From assembly GCA_029838215.1 (NCBI GenBank), contig JALGVI010000005.1, positions 1 to 52,909 of the forward strand: DNA of 52,909 bases, in the 5' to 3' direction. This DNA comes from Candidatus Helarchaeota archaeon (GTDB lineage: Archaea > Asgardarchaeota > Lokiarchaeia > Helarchaeales > RDOG01). Made by a program: the position numbers and the translations under genes. The first letter of the stretch is position 1. Each line of letters begins with the position of its first letter. The notes under the pieces were generated by a model. The model had not been told where the DNA came from, ran no database searches, and saw only the letters and a list, made by a program, of their open reading frames with translations. Shown here one piece after another: positions 28,664 to 39,609 of this stretch.

Positions 28664-28731
28664 TCAAATAATAGCTTGAACTATTACCATGGTCATCCAA
28701 GGAAAAAAGATTTTGTTTATCTAATCCTGTT

Positions 28732-29871
28732 TTAATTTCTTGAAAATACTGCTTCTGCCGCCTTTCTAGCCGTTCCTTTTTCAGCATTGCCCCCTAATTC
28801 GATGAGTGCTCGTTCAACGGTTTCAAGTGTTTTAATGATGTCTTCTTTTGAAATCATGTTCATGTGTGCAATGCGGAAGATCTTCCCTTTAACTTTTCCT
28901 TGTCCGCCTGCTAGAATCACTCCAAGATCCTTGATTTTCTTGAGTAGCTTGTCCACGGGAATGCCTGTTGGTGCCTTTATCGCCGTAACCGTATTTGATA
29001 AATGGTCTTTCTCTGCAAATAATTCTAATCCCAAAGCCCGAATACCTGCTCTGGTTGCTTCCCCCATGAGGGCGTGTCGCTTGAAGCGATTTTCAAATCC
29101 TTCTTCGACCATCATTGTAAGAGATTCGTGCAAAGCGTAAAAAAGCGAGACTGAAGGCGTATAAGGTATCTTTTCCTTTTCATACCTCTTTAAATTTAAA
29201 TAATAAGCGGGAATGTGTTCACGTTGTTGAATTATTTTCCATGCGCGTGGCCCTACCCAAATCATTCCCAGACCGGGAGGGATTCCGATGCATTTTTGGC
29301 TTCCCGTTGCTAAAACGTCAAAATTCCATTCATCAGGATATACGTAGTCACCACCGACAGAAGTAACTCCGTCCACGATAAGAATTTTATCATTTTTTCT
29401 ACAGAATATTCCTAGCTCTCTCAAATCATTCAATATTCCAACTGATGTCTCATTGTGAACGACTGTTATGAACTTAATATCTGGCTGTTCTTTAAATACC
29501 TGCTCAACCTGTTCAATTCTGAGAGCAGTTCCCCACTCAACTTCTAGTGTCACGGATTTTGCTCCTAATGCTTCTGTAATTTCTTTCCATCGCTCTGAGA
29601 ATTTTCCTTGGACCACATTTAGTACTTTTTCGCCAGGTCGCACGCAATTAACGATGGCTGCTTCCATTGCACACGTGCTAGAACCCGTAAAGATTCGGAC
29701 GAATTTATCCGTCTTTAGTAATTTTTGGAACATTTCTATGCATTCATCTAAAAGTGCGTAAAATTCTGGAGTGCGGTGTCCGATGATCGGCGTGCTTAAT
29801 GCTTTAATCACGCGTTCGTGCAAGGGAACTGGACCCGGTACCATTAATAACTTCGAAGTATCTACACGCAT
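28732..29871 (-). CDS. Class V PLP aminotransferase (alanine-glyoxylate / serine-pyruvate family)
   Basis: MVPGP, VHNETSVG, VDGVTSVGG, TGSQKC.GIPPG and FRIAHM motifs. Confidence 0.9.
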   Translation of the reverse strand: MRVDTSKLLMVPGPVPLHERVIKALSTPIIGHRTPEFYALLDECIEMFQKLLKTDKFVRIFTGSSTCAMEAAIVNCVRPGEKVLNVVQGKFSERWKEITEALGAKSVTLEVEWGTALRIEQVEQVFKEQPDIKFITVVHNETSVGILNDLRELGIFCRKNDKILIVDGVTSVGGDYVYPDEWNFDVLATGSQKCIGIPPGLGMIWVGPRAWKIIQQREHIPAYYLNLKRYEKEKIPYTPSVSLFYALHESLTMMVEEGFENRFKRHALMGEATRAGIRALGLELFAEKDHLSNTVTAIKAPTGIPVDKLLKKIKDLGVILAGGQGKVKGKIFRIAHMNMISKEDIIKTLETVERALIELGGNAEKGTARKAAEAVFSRN

Positions 29872-30057
29872 TGATGTCGCCTTTCTTTATTCAACTCTTA
29901 CATCATGATATCTAAAAACAATTCAAAGAAGCATTATTAATTTTATCAACGAGTAAAAAGTATCAGAAGAAAATTTATTTATCATGTTTCCAAAATCTCA
30001 CGATGAATATTTGACGAATATTTAAAATATAAATTAAATATTTGAAGCTGTTTTTCA

Positions 30058-30918
30058 ATGGAACCTGAAAAACGTCCAATTGTCACGCTCCTAACCGATT
30101 TTGGATGGCGAGATCCGTATATTTCTTCAATGAAAGGCGTGATCTTGACAATATCACGTGATGCTCAAATTGTTGATATTTCTCATTCTGGTCCTAAGTT
30201 CAACATTCGGTTTGGAGCGTATTTAATAGCTTTTTCCGCGCCTTTTTTTCCGCCTGGAACCGTACATGCTGTTGTTGTTGATCCCGGTGTTGGATCTGAC
30301 CGTCTTCCCATTGCGATTGAAACGATTTCCGGGCATTTTTTTGTAGGTCCCGATAATGGCATTTTTTCGCTTGTAATCGAAAAATGCGGTGGAATAAAAA
30401 AAGTCGTGGAAATAAAAAACAAGAAATATCTTTTAGAAGAGCGTTCCGACACGTTTCATGGACGGGATGTTTTTGCACCCGTTGCTGCACATCTTGCAAG
30501 TGGTGTTCCAATCGATGAAATTGGACCCGCGCTCAATGAAATAATCAAGTTAGAAATACAGGCACCTGTCATCAAGAACAAGACGATTGAAGGGGCGATT
30601 CTCTTCACCGACTCGTTTGGTAACGCCATTACTAACATCCCCAAGGAATTAATTAATAAGCTACGGATCAGAAAAGGTTCATATATTGAATTCGAATTAG
30701 GCGCAATGACGCGTGAAGTTAAATTTTGCAAGAGTTATTCCGAGGTTAAAAAACACGATTTCCTAATGGTCATGGGGAGTCGCGGGCTTCTTGAAATCTC
30801 GATGAACCAAGGAAATGCTGCCGAGTCCCTGAACCTCGATTTGCAGGGGCGTAAAATCATCATTCGCAAGATGAAACCAAAGAAAACTCATAAGACCAAG
30901 AAAAAGAATCGTGAATGA
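30058..30918 (+). CDS. SAM hydroxide adenosyltransferase (DUF62; chlorinase/fluorinase superfamily)
   Basis: TLLTDFG..DPY, VVDPGVGS.R, GPDNG, TFHGRDVFAP and DSFGNAITN motifs. Confidence 0.9.
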   Translation: MEPEKRPIVTLLTDFGWRDPYISSMKGVILTISRDAQIVDISHSGPKFNIRFGAYLIAFSAPFFPPGTVHAVVVDPGVGSDRLPIAIETISGHFFVGPDNGIFSLVIEKCGGIKKVVEIKNKKYLLEERSDTFHGRDVFAPVAAHLASGVPIDEIGPALNEIIKLEIQAPVIKNKTIEGAILFTDSFGNAITNIPKELINKLRIRKGSYIEFELGAMTREVKFCKSYSEVKKHDFLMVMGSRGLLEISMNQGNAAESLNLDLQGRKIIIRKMKPKKTHKTKKKNRE

Positions 30919-31446
30919 TCACTGTTTCAATACTGTAGAACCAATCTCTTTCATTCTATTTATGCCATCAATGCGTTCTATTTCTTTCACGATCGCTGGT
31001 GGCACGTGCTTCTCCCATTCATCATTCCCCTTTAAAATGGCACTCCGAATTTTCGTTCCCTCGTTTACTTCACGTTCTATGAAGTCAAAATTTTGAACAT
31101 GATATCCCTTTTCTCGTAATAATCGGGCGACTAAAGGATTATTCGAATAAAAAACATCAATATCTGGTAAAAAACTCACGACATGCGATACCCAAATACG
31201 GTTATCATTAGCATCAGCAATGGGAATGATCATGTATCTATTTGCATCTATGTTTTCCTCTTGAAATGCACGTCGAATCATCTGAATGCGCTCCCCTGCT
31301 GTGAATGGGTTATCGAAAGAATGGCTGTATTGGGAGCTTCCGATCATTATGATGATTTCATCAACGTCTTTCAAGATTTTCTTTATTGCTTCCAAATGTC
31401 CATTATGTAATGGTTGAAATCGTCCAATGAACACGCCACGCTTCAT
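30919..31446 (-). CDS. nadM: Nicotinamide-nucleotide adenylyltransferase
   Basis: GRFQPLHNGH, GSSQ, NPFTAGER, SNNPLV and EGTKIR motifs. Confidence 0.92.
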   Translation of the reverse strand: MKRGVFIGRFQPLHNGHLEAIKKILKDVDEIIIMIGSSQYSHSFDNPFTAGERIQMIRRAFQEENIDANRYMIIPIADANDNRIWVSHVVSFLPDIDVFYSNNPLVARLLREKGYHVQNFDFIEREVNEGTKIRSAILKGNDEWEKHVPPAIVKEIERIDGINRMKEIGSTVLKQ

Positions 31447-31835
31447 TGTAGTCCGTCCATAATTTTTTTTCGTATGATTTGAGGATCGACTAAGTATTCT
31501 GAGAGATCTATCGTTCCATTCTTCTTAATTCTTATGCCTTCCTTTTTGAGCAAGTCAATTTTAATGGACCGATTTTTCATTTTATCTCCCATGAAACCGC
31601 CAACAGAGCCGTCCGACCGCACGACTCGATGACAGGGCACGGGCTTTGAACTGTTCGATAGAAACGAAAATGGGTTTTTTGCCATTGCATTGCCTACCGC
31701 TCTGGCACAGTTTTTGCCGAGAATTTCGGCGATCAATCCATATGTCGCAACTCTTCCACTCGGTATCTTTCTTACGATTTCGAAAACTTGTCTTTCAAAG
31801 TCAGTTATCTGATTCCTTTTTTTCATGAACATCAA
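31443..31835 (-). CDS. ogt: Methylated-DNA-protein-cysteine methyltransferase (MGMT/Ogt, DNA-binding domain only)
   Basis: IPSGRVATYG, ARAVG and the active-site PCHRVV motif. Confidence 0.85.
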   Translation of the reverse strand: MMFMKKRNQITDFERQVFEIVRKIPSGRVATYGLIAEILGKNCARAVGNAMAKNPFSFLSNSSKPVPCHRVVRSDGSVGGFMGDKMKNRSIKIDLLKKEGIRIKKNGTIDLSEYLVDPQIIRKKIMDGLQ

Positions 31836-32884
31836 GATCCGTTTACGTGGATTCTACAGAGATGTCCTTCCTTCCTTACCTGAATTTTTCTTTTTAGCAA
31901 GATTTCTACGAGCCAAATATTTGTTCGTGCATGTTTGGTCAATTCTGAAACCAAAAATGTTGACGGTCTTTCTGCAAGAGCGATGTAAGGAATTAATTGG
32001 TCTGAGCAAAAATGGTCACACGTTGCTCCCGATTTGTAATCATTAATTAGACTTAAGGCACATTTTCTTCCAACATCTTCTGCCCGGACTCTTTTTTCAC
32101 CAATTCTATCTGCTCCCAAGATCACGCCCGTATCAGTTTTCAAGCAAAGGCAGATGCCGCTTCCAGGATTTCGTGCCTCAACACTTTTCAGAATGACATT
32201 GGGTTTGATCTTCAATTTTTCTCGCAAGACGTTCCCTGCTGCGCGTGCTTGACGTTCTGCAACATTTCTTTTTTCCAATGATCTTGTTGCTATCGAAATA
32301 CAGTCTATGCTTTCTATTTTTCCCTGTCTTTCAAGATCTAGCCCTTCTAAACGCGTTGGTGGAAGTATCTTGCTAAAGACGACTGCCCCTCCTTTTGGAT
32401 AAAATCCATGCTTTTTAATTTCTGTCTGTATGGAGTAACCCATTTGGTGCAATAACCTGAAAGTCACGTTTTCCAAGTATGTCAATGTCGGTGCCCAGAG
32501 TCCAAATGTCGCACCCCCATCAAACGTAAACGATATTGGCTCTTTGATCCTGATGCAGGCGAGTGTTAAAAGTTGCAATAGCAATCCAATGCTTCCGGCA
32601 GTTTCCACCTTGATTTCATGCGTTCCTCCTTTTATAGCACCTGGTTGAAATGAAATCTCTTCTGAGCCCATGTACCCATTAATTAATTTTCCATTGCAAA
32701 TTCTCGCGAGTGCTTCCAATCCTCTAAGATGCTGGGTTTTTAAACCGGGTTTTGGTCGATTTTTACGAATATTTATAACGCGTACTGGTTGGAGGAGGAG
32801 TACACTTATTGCTGTCGTTAGACGTAAAATGGCACCGCCTCCTTCGCCCTTAGATCCATCTATTTCAATGATCTGTTTTTCCAA
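31832..32884 (-). CDS. rtcA: RNA 3'-terminal phosphate cyclase
   Basis: IDGSKGEGGG.ILR, RPKPGL..QH, TAGSI.L, GFYPKGG, DQL and the catalytic His in KHARTN. Confidence 0.92.
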   Translation of the reverse strand: MEKQIIEIDGSKGEGGGAILRLTTAISVLLLQPVRVINIRKNRPKPGLKTQHLRGLEALARICNGKLINGYMGSEEISFQPGAIKGGTHEIKVETAGSIGLLLQLLTLACIRIKEPISFTFDGGATFGLWAPTLTYLENVTFRLLHQMGYSIQTEIKKHGFYPKGGAVVFSKILPPTRLEGLDLERQGKIESIDCISIATRSLEKRNVAERQARAAGNVLREKLKIKPNVILKSVEARNPGSGICLCLKTDTGVILGADRIGEKRVRAEDVGRKCALSLINDYKSGATCDHFCSDQLIPYIALAERPSTFLVSELTKHARTNIWLVEILLKRKIQVRKEGHLCRIHVNGS

Positions 32885-33025
32885 ATTAAAACCTCAAAAA
32901 AGTGATTTAGCAAGTTGTTTTGTTTTAAAACTCGCTTGAACTGGTCCTACAAGAAGTAATCTTTATCAATTTCCCATTAGAATTCTTGCATGCGGGATTG
33001 AAGATGTTGCTGTTTTTATATTATC

Positions 33026-33262
33026 TTAGAACCGGAGAATATATTGAATGAAACCTGCGATAAAGAAGACAATAACAAACGATATGAGAAATAGAACCGT
33101 AAGTTGAAAAATTCTATTTTCCACCAGATCTCTCACTCCAAATCCCGAGAAACTTTCCCTGTAGATTTCCTTCGCCTGTTTTTTTTGGATTTTCGCTATT
33201 TCTTTTTGCTGTTTTCTTTCGAGGCGTTCTTCTTCTTTTTTCAACTTTTCTTTCAATGACAT
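33026..33262 (-). CDS. Small protein with a charged coiled N-terminus and a C-terminal TM helix
   Basis: K/E-rich helix followed by one hydrophobic stretch. Confidence 0.6.
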   Translation of the reverse strand: MSLKEKLKKEEERLERKQQKEIAKIQKKQAKEIYRESFSGFGVRDLVENRIFQLTVLFLISFVIVFFIAGFIQYILRF

Positions 33263-33383
33263 GGAAGATCCTCCTTTAAGAAAATAAATTTACAAACTTC
33301 TTATAAAATTCTTTTGGAGAATGAGCATGTAAAAGGATGGCTTTTCGAGCATTAAAATAAAGAATTAAAAAAAAAAGAAAAAA

Positions 33384-36300
33384 TTAGGGTGTTTTAGGTT
33401 TATCTTCTTCTGTTTTTTCTTCACCTTTCAGCCCTTTTATGAATATGCGCTGATCGTGAGGTGAAAGTCCCTTTATTTCTTTGAAGAAGAGTTCCTGTTC
33501 TTCTACACTCAGATCCGGTATTGAAGCCAGTTCCTTCTTGATTTCATCGTCTTTTAGTGCTGGCAAATCGATCTTTACCTCCTTCTTGATCTTCTTCAAG
33601 ATCGGAGGCGGTAATTTCTTGGCTGCCAAAGGTTCAAGTTTAATTCCAAAGATTTCAAGCTTGGTTTCTGCTTCTTCAACGACCTGTTGTTCACGGCTCT
33701 TCATGATGCCTGCATGAGTTTTCTTGTTTCGCTTGATTTCCTTCTGAGTTCGTGCAATCATTCGCAACGCGTAGGGTGTCCTTAGAGTCTTGATGCCGAC
33801 GTAAGCAGAGTATATCGATCCCAATAGAACACCAGTAATGATGCCGTATACAAATGGTATGGTGAGAGGTCCGAATACGCCCAATGGATCGAGATTCAGC
33901 CTGATCTCACTTCCCGTCTCATAAGTTAACTTGCTAATCGTGTATTGTTCGCTTTCGTACGTGCTATTTATGTTGTCGATTATTATATTCAAGTGATAAG
34001 GTCCTGAATCCCACCAGACGAAGTATTGTTCCCATGTATCATACTCTACATAGAAATAACCTGGTTGTCCCGGAATTTCGCTCATTCTTGATATTATAGA
34101 TGTATGATGCTGCGAAAGCGTGGAAAATCGTCCAAACAATTCTGCTCTTAGCATTATTTGGGTATCCGCATAGGTTAAAAGCTTGTCATTGTCCGTCGGA
34201 TCAATCACCTTCACGACAATCCGCCAAATGCCTCCTTGAGGCGTGGTGTAAACCGGCCGATATTGAATTGGAAGCTCTGCTATCGAATCAATTGGAAGAA
34301 GAGCCGCAGGGCGTTTTCGAATTTTTAACCTGAATTCCTTCGTATGGGATTGATAATTCTCTGCTTGTGCGTAGACTTTTATGATATATTCATTGTTAAT
34401 TCCCGTGATTTCATCGGTCATTATTGAATATTCGCTGCTATTTAATGTAAAACAATAGATTCCTTCCGAATCTGGTGTCACTGATTCATTATAGAATGGT
34501 TCAAAAGTTCCTCTTTGAATCGTGACGGTCACGTTCGGATCAGATACGGTTCCTAATCTTCGTGCCGTTGGAATTAATGTTGACTCATTATAAGACCAAT
34601 TCAAGGAGAATTGACCTTGAACCAATAATATTTGAATGTCCGATTCGAGATTGTACCAACTGAAGTCATTCCACTCATATATCGTTCTGAATGAATTTAT
34701 GTTGTCAACATCGGTTATGGTTCCCACGACTTTCTGTTCTTTTAATTGTGTCCACCTTGCATCTATATCAAGACCCGTTGCAAATTGTGTTGCCGAGTAA
34801 TTAGTTAGTGTTGCTGATCGCGTGAACGAATACGTTCCTGCATTCATTCCTTTTTCTGTTGTATTGATTTCGATTGTATAATAACCCGTGCCGCTACTAT
34901 AATTCACGATGACGGATAAAACATCCGATGGAAGTTGATACGCAAGAGTAATGTTCTTTTCTAGAAAAGTGCTACCGAGGGATTCATTATAATAATTAAA
35001 TGTTCCATTTACTACGGAGTTATTATACACTCCTTCGACAGCTATTACCGTATCGCTTACCAAAACCGAGTCATTTTCTGTTACAACGATTGTTTCCGAT
35101 TTATTATTTGGAACCTCTTGAAGAACAATTGGGTCGACGTTTGGATCAATATCAACTTCAACATTTGCTCCTTTTAAAAGCCATGAATCTTGGGTTGCTT
35201 CGTTACCATTATCTCCGTCCCAAACCTTCCACGAAAAATTGAGAACATCACCGTACCAGTAGGTATCGTGATTTCCGCCGGGTATGGCAGGATTGATCAA
35301 GTAACCAAATGGATTATCTTCCCAATACGAGAATTTCATTTGATTTGGCGTGATGTCTATGGTTATTATTGAGATAACCGGGTCGTATGATTTTGTGGGA
35401 TCGTCAGGATTATATCCATCACGATGGAATCGGGTCCAAAGCGTTTGTCGTCCTGGAGATGCGGTTGAAATTGTCAAATTGAGCCAGTACCAACCCCATG
35501 TTTTATTGTTATCAATGCTAAATAAGGTGAATTGGTCTAAATTATCAAAATCCGGAACATAATAATCCGAATATGGATATGCTTCGGGATGATAATCTGG
35601 GAGACTTCCATTTGTCATACCGTCGTCAAGTATCGGAATCAATTCCTTCCAATAATATCTCTCTGATGAACCGTACGGCCAATTGTCGCTAAAAACCGTG
35701 ACGTTTGCTTTGTCACCCGTATCTCCATCCGTGGCATTTGCAGTCCCCGTGAATCGATTCGGAAATGTGTCTCTATAATATGTAGAATTTACAAATCCGT
35801 TCAAAGTTGGATCTGTTTCATTTCCAAAGTGTGCAAAAAGCAAGACCCAATCTTTGGTTGCATTATACCAAATGATCGGATTTGATTGACCTCCAAGTGA
35901 ATCAGGAACCATGTGAATCCTTGGGAAGATAACTGATGGATTGTCATCGACATCTACTTTCAACATGATTTCCATGTGGTATGGTGGATTGTCTAGTCCG
36001 TCATCTATTTCGGTTGTCGTGATATTTTGAATCGTCCAGCCCAAGGTCGTTTGCGGAAGGAACCAAAAGGTGACATTAATGAAGTAATAATCTCCATCAT
36101 ATGGAACTGCTTTCTGTGGAATTTGGAAATTGTCCAGCAAGTATCTGTCTAGTTGGGACCATGAAATTGAACCACTTTCAATGGCAGAAGGATTTACATC
36201 ACCGCCACCATGAACTCCGTCTCCATCAATCCAATCGGTGCGATTGTCAGGATGGATTGACCACGATCCTCTGACCAAACCTTGAAAGTCACCAGAACCA

Positions 36301-39300
36301 TTATTCACATCCGCAAGACCGTGTGAAACGTCGCGAATTGATACTGTCACGTCATAAAGCCACCTACCCTGTGGTTGATCTTGGAGGATCGGCGTAACAA
36401 AACTAAGCTGCGTGTCTAGAATGACCGTGAAATTTCCCTGAATCAACATTGATCTGAAGTTCTCATTTAAATAGGTATTTCGAGACGAAAGGTTTAGCGT
36501 GAAGTCATAATCTCCAACATCCATTCCGCTCCACAGGTTTAATGGGTGGAATGGTTGACCTGTTTTGTTTGTATTGAACTCTACGGTGATCTCGCCTGTT
36601 GATGCAAATGATATGAGTTTTTCGCCTAATGGTCCTGTTGTATTCACGCCATAGACCCACGTTTCTCTTGCGGCTGCTCCGTTCTCGTCAGTACCATTAA
36701 TTGTAAGCGAAACTATTGGAGCAACTGTGGCATTCGGTCCACCCGCTGTTAAATGATCGTCGGTCCAATTTACACGCATGAAAAGCGTGTCTCCGTCAAC
36801 GAACGTGCGCAATGATGTTCCAGCATAGTAAGTTCCGTTAGGATATTTTGAGTAAGGTTGTTCATATACCACGCTTGAAACCGTGGTATTTCTTTTAATA
36901 GCGATATTAATCGTGCGAAGTCCAACAGCAGTAATTTGTGTGCCATCGTTAAATGCACTAACTTCTAATACCATGTCATCGGGTTGAACTCTGTCATCGA
37001 GTGTCCAATTGAGAATGGAATAATCTATTCCTGAACTAAATGGACCAGAATCCTGATTCTCGGAAACGATCTGATCCGTGCTGTTTATTATGGTGGCATT
37101 GACTTGTCCGGTGGCTGTGATACCTGCACCAAGCCTAAATTTCACTTCCGTAGAATTGCCCGGCCACGCAACCAAACTATTTACTCCTTCAACAAAGAAT
37201 TCTGCATTTGTCAATAAATTATTTGACGTGGCAGTTACCGTATAAGCCGTATTACTTTTAACATTTGACACTTCAAATGACGTGCCTAAGTCCTGAATAG
37301 TTTCTCCATTGCTTGTCGGGCTAATGGTAAGACTTCCCCAGTCTGCCGGAACATTTTGTATCGTTAATTTAGCCGTTCCCGAAGCGACACGTGTGTCATC
37401 TTTTATTTGAGAAGTGAACTTAAGTTCCCAAGATGTTGAAGCACCATCAAGAACTTCAAATGTCACGCTAACGCCATTTGTTTCAGTATGAGTTTCTACC
37501 ATTTTTAAAGGACCATTTGTCGGGTTCGTATGGGCAATTGTAACTGATGTTTTATGTTCCGTACCTTCCCAATCTGTATAATGACATGAAGGATCTCTGA
37601 TCTGCCATCGTAAATCAAAATTTGCACCAGGAGCCCATCCTGCTCCACCATTGTTATCTGTGGCCATTCCTCCCCAGCCACCGCCGTCATTTACAGATAC
37701 ATTTCGAATTAAAGAACCGCCCGTATAGTCGAGCATTCTCAAGTCTATAATTGAAGCTTTTGTAGTGGCACTGAAATCAAAAGAAATATCTTGCAAGTAA
37801 AAGTTGAAGTATTCCGTTCCACTTCCAACATTTGGACCCCAATTATCAATTGTTTCGATATAGAACCTGAACGTGGCTGTATTCACTGAAGTTGATAATC
37901 TACTTGTAATTGTATATGTCTTTTGCACCCAGTCATCCGTTGTTGTATAAGTATTTAAACGATCTCGAACGATTTCTGTTCCACTCATTTCAATGACAAA
38001 ATCAACGTGGCTATCCAATCCTCTTGCAACCCAATTTGTTCCCTTCCAGTATTTCAGCGTTAGATTCACGGACAATGGATAACGTCCATTCCATGCAAGA
38101 CTTTGATATTCCAATCCAAGCTCAGTTCCCGTGCTGAACTTTCGAATTGTTCCGACCGTGAACGACATGTGAAAATTATCCAAGTATGATTCAAATCTTG
38201 AATAAGCACCGGTGCCATCACCACTATTCAAAGCTACTGAATAATAAAACGTTATGCGTACCTGATCATCCTGTTGAACGCCACAATCATCTTTGAGCCA
38301 TGTTAACATCTGACTGGTAAAGGCTTTATCATAAGTACCCTCATTACTTGGTGAGATATCTTCGCTTGTCGTTGGTGCTGTGGAACCAACCCATGTCCAG
38401 CCATCAGCTTTATACCATCGAATATATCTCACGTTGCCCGTTGAAGCACCACTTCTTAAATGGTCTAATGAAGCATATATCAGACAATTGTAAGCATTAC
38501 CGCCTTCATCAATATTTGCAAGGTTGTGGTCAAAATTAAAATTGACACCTTGAAGATTCGAAACGTCTGTTCCAATATCAAATGTGAGACGGAAGTTTCC
38601 TGCCAAGGTTCCTGTCCTGCTCCAATCTCCGCCACCCCAACCACTAGTATGACCGCCTTGAGTCTGTCCTATAATTCTTAGTCTATCTCCACTGAAGTCA
38701 ACGTTATGGTAAGCAGTACCTCCAAAATCTCCACTACTCGAATCCGTGGCACTCCATGTATGTCCTGTAGTAACCGTCTGGTCCGCGGTGGGATCGTTTA
38801 TTTCATCTGTTGTCGTGGTTGAAGCATAACCTTGAAACCAAAATCTGGCACCATGTTCTGTTTCACCTGAAGGAATTTGATCTCCTTGATATCCTGCATA
38901 TCCGTTAGAAATGTCATTACCAGGATCATTCGTGTGCCAACTCCATCCGGCAGAACCAACACCTCTGCCCGGAAAATAAAATGCACCAGAGAAATCTTCG
39001 GTTAATCCTGGGTCATCTAGATTAATACTCCAAGAAGTTCCGTGAAGAGAAGGATATCCACTTGGTATGTTCAACGAAGTAATTCCGTATGGAATGTTGT
39101 ATTCTGTTCCTGCACTGTATAGAATTTCCGTCACGTCTTCCTTATAATCATAGGTCCCTCCGCTACCCGTGTATCCTGTTTCTTGATAAGAACCGCTTTT
39201 TGACGATAGAGAAACATCACTTTCAGGTACAGAGTTGATAACTTCTGGTGCCGTAAATGATGTTCCCGAACGTTCTGCGGGAATCTCATATGTAATTGGC

Positions 39301-39404
39301 GGGCTTACCATGCCTACGAGTGAAGGAATCGTAAAAAGTAGAGGAAATCCTAAAATTGCAAGAAATAGAATTGTAAATAATCGATTTTTTTTCATTTTGA
39401 TCAT
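33384..39404 (-). CDS. Giant (2006 aa) exported, C-terminally membrane-anchored surface protein with beta-rich/Ig-like domains
   Basis: N-terminal hydrophobic signal, T/S/G/D/N-rich beta-strand composition, many N-x-S/T sequons, a TM near the C-terminus (FVYGIITGVLLGSIYSAYVGI) and a charged cytoplasmic tail. Confidence 0.85.
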   Translation of the reverse strand: MIKMKKNRLFTILFLAILGFPLLFTIPSLVGMVSPPITYEIPAERSGTSFTAPEVINSVPESDVSLSSKSGSYQETGYTGSGGTYDYKEDVTEILYSAGTEYNIPYGITSLNIPSGYPSLHGTSWSINLDDPGLTEDFSGAFYFPGRGVGSAGWSWHTNDPGNDISNGYAGYQGDQIPSGETEHGARFWFQGYASTTTTDEINDPTADQTVTTGHTWSATDSSSGDFGGTAYHNVDFSGDRLRIIGQTQGGHTSGWGGGDWSRTGTLAGNFRLTFDIGTDVSNLQGVNFNFDHNLANIDEGGNAYNCLIYASLDHLRSGASTGNVRYIRWYKADGWTWVGSTAPTTSEDISPSNEGTYDKAFTSQMLTWLKDDCGVQQDDQVRITFYYSVALNSGDGTGAYSRFESYLDNFHMSFTVGTIRKFSTGTELGLEYQSLAWNGRYPLSVNLTLKYWKGTNWVARGLDSHVDFVIEMSGTEIVRDRLNTYTTTDDWVQKTYTITSRLSTSVNTATFRFYIETIDNWGPNVGSGTEYFNFYLQDISFDFSATTKASIIDLRMLDYTGGSLIRNVSVNDGGGWGGMATDNNGGAGWAPGANFDLRWQIRDPSCHYTDWEGTEHKTSVTIAHTNPTNGPLKMVETHTETNGVSVTFEVLDGASTSWELKFTSQIKDDTRVASGTAKLTIQNVPADWGSLTISPTSNGETIQDLGTSFEVSNVKSNTAYTVTATSNNLLTNAEFFVEGVNSLVAWPGNSTEVKFRLGAGITATGQVNATIINSTDQIVSENQDSGPFSSGIDYSILNWTLDDRVQPDDMVLEVSAFNDGTQITAVGLRTINIAIKRNTTVSSVVYEQPYSKYPNGTYYAGTSLRTFVDGDTLFMRVNWTDDHLTAGGPNATVAPIVSLTINGTDENGAAARETWVYGVNTTGPLGEKLISFASTGEITVEFNTNKTGQPFHPLNLWSGMDVGDYDFTLNLSSRNTYLNENFRSMLIQGNFTVILDTQLSFVTPILQDQPQGRWLYDVTVSIRDVSHGLADVNNGSGDFQGLVRGSWSIHPDNRTDWIDGDGVHGGGDVNPSAIESGSISWSQLDRYLLDNFQIPQKAVPYDGDYYFINVTFWFLPQTTLGWTIQNITTTEIDDGLDNPPYHMEIMLKVDVDDNPSVIFPRIHMVPDSLGGQSNPIIWYNATKDWVLLFAHFGNETDPTLNGFVNSTYYRDTFPNRFTGTANATDGDTGDKANVTVFSDNWPYGSSERYYWKELIPILDDGMTNGSLPDYHPEAYPYSDYYVPDFDNLDQFTLFSIDNNKTWGWYWLNLTISTASPGRQTLWTRFHRDGYNPDDPTKSYDPVISIITIDITPNQMKFSYWEDNPFGYLINPAIPGGNHDTYWYGDVLNFSWKVWDGDNGNEATQDSWLLKGANVEVDIDPNVDPIVLQEVPNNKSETIVVTENDSVLVSDTVIAVEGVYNNSVVNGTFNYYNESLGSTFLEKNITLAYQLPSDVLSVIVNYSSGTGYYTIEINTTEKGMNAGTYSFTRSATLTNYSATQFATGLDIDARWTQLKEQKVVGTITDVDNINSFRTIYEWNDFSWYNLESDIQILLVQGQFSLNWSYNESTLIPTARRLGTVSDPNVTVTIQRGTFEPFYNESVTPDSEGIYCFTLNSSEYSIMTDEITGINNEYIIKVYAQAENYQSHTKEFRLKIRKRPAALLPIDSIAELPIQYRPVYTTPQGGIWRIVVKVIDPTDNDKLLTYADTQIMLRAELFGRFSTLSQHHTSIISRMSEIPGQPGYFYVEYDTWEQYFVWWDSGPYHLNIIIDNINSTYESEQYTISKLTYETGSEIRLNLDPLGVFGPLTIPFVYGIITGVLLGSIYSAYVGIKTLRTPYALRMIARTQKEIKRNKKTHAGIMKSREQQVVEEAETKLEIFGIKLEPLAAKKLPPPILKKIKKEVKIDLPALKDDEIKKELASIPDLSVEEQELFFKEIKGLSPHDQRIFIKGLKGEEKTEEDKPKTP

Positions 39405-39609
39405 TTCTATCCTATTTTGTTTACATGTAAAGAAATAGAATTTGTAGGCATTCTGTAAGAAACTATTCGTTTTAGGAGTGTATAAATATCTTTTGTTATC
39501 GCAATCAAATGTTGTTCTTAAAAAATAAGCAAGATCAGGAAAAAAGAAAATAAATCAAGAAGATGTGAAAACGTCTTTATTTTTCAGCCTTTATTTTTCA
39601 TCGAATGCC

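Noticed and set aside
30058-30918. Fluorinase/chlorinase (halogenation)
   Set aside because: The motifs (TDFG, FHGRD) and housekeeping context fit the widespread DUF62 SAM hydrolase, with no secondary-metabolite genes adjacent.
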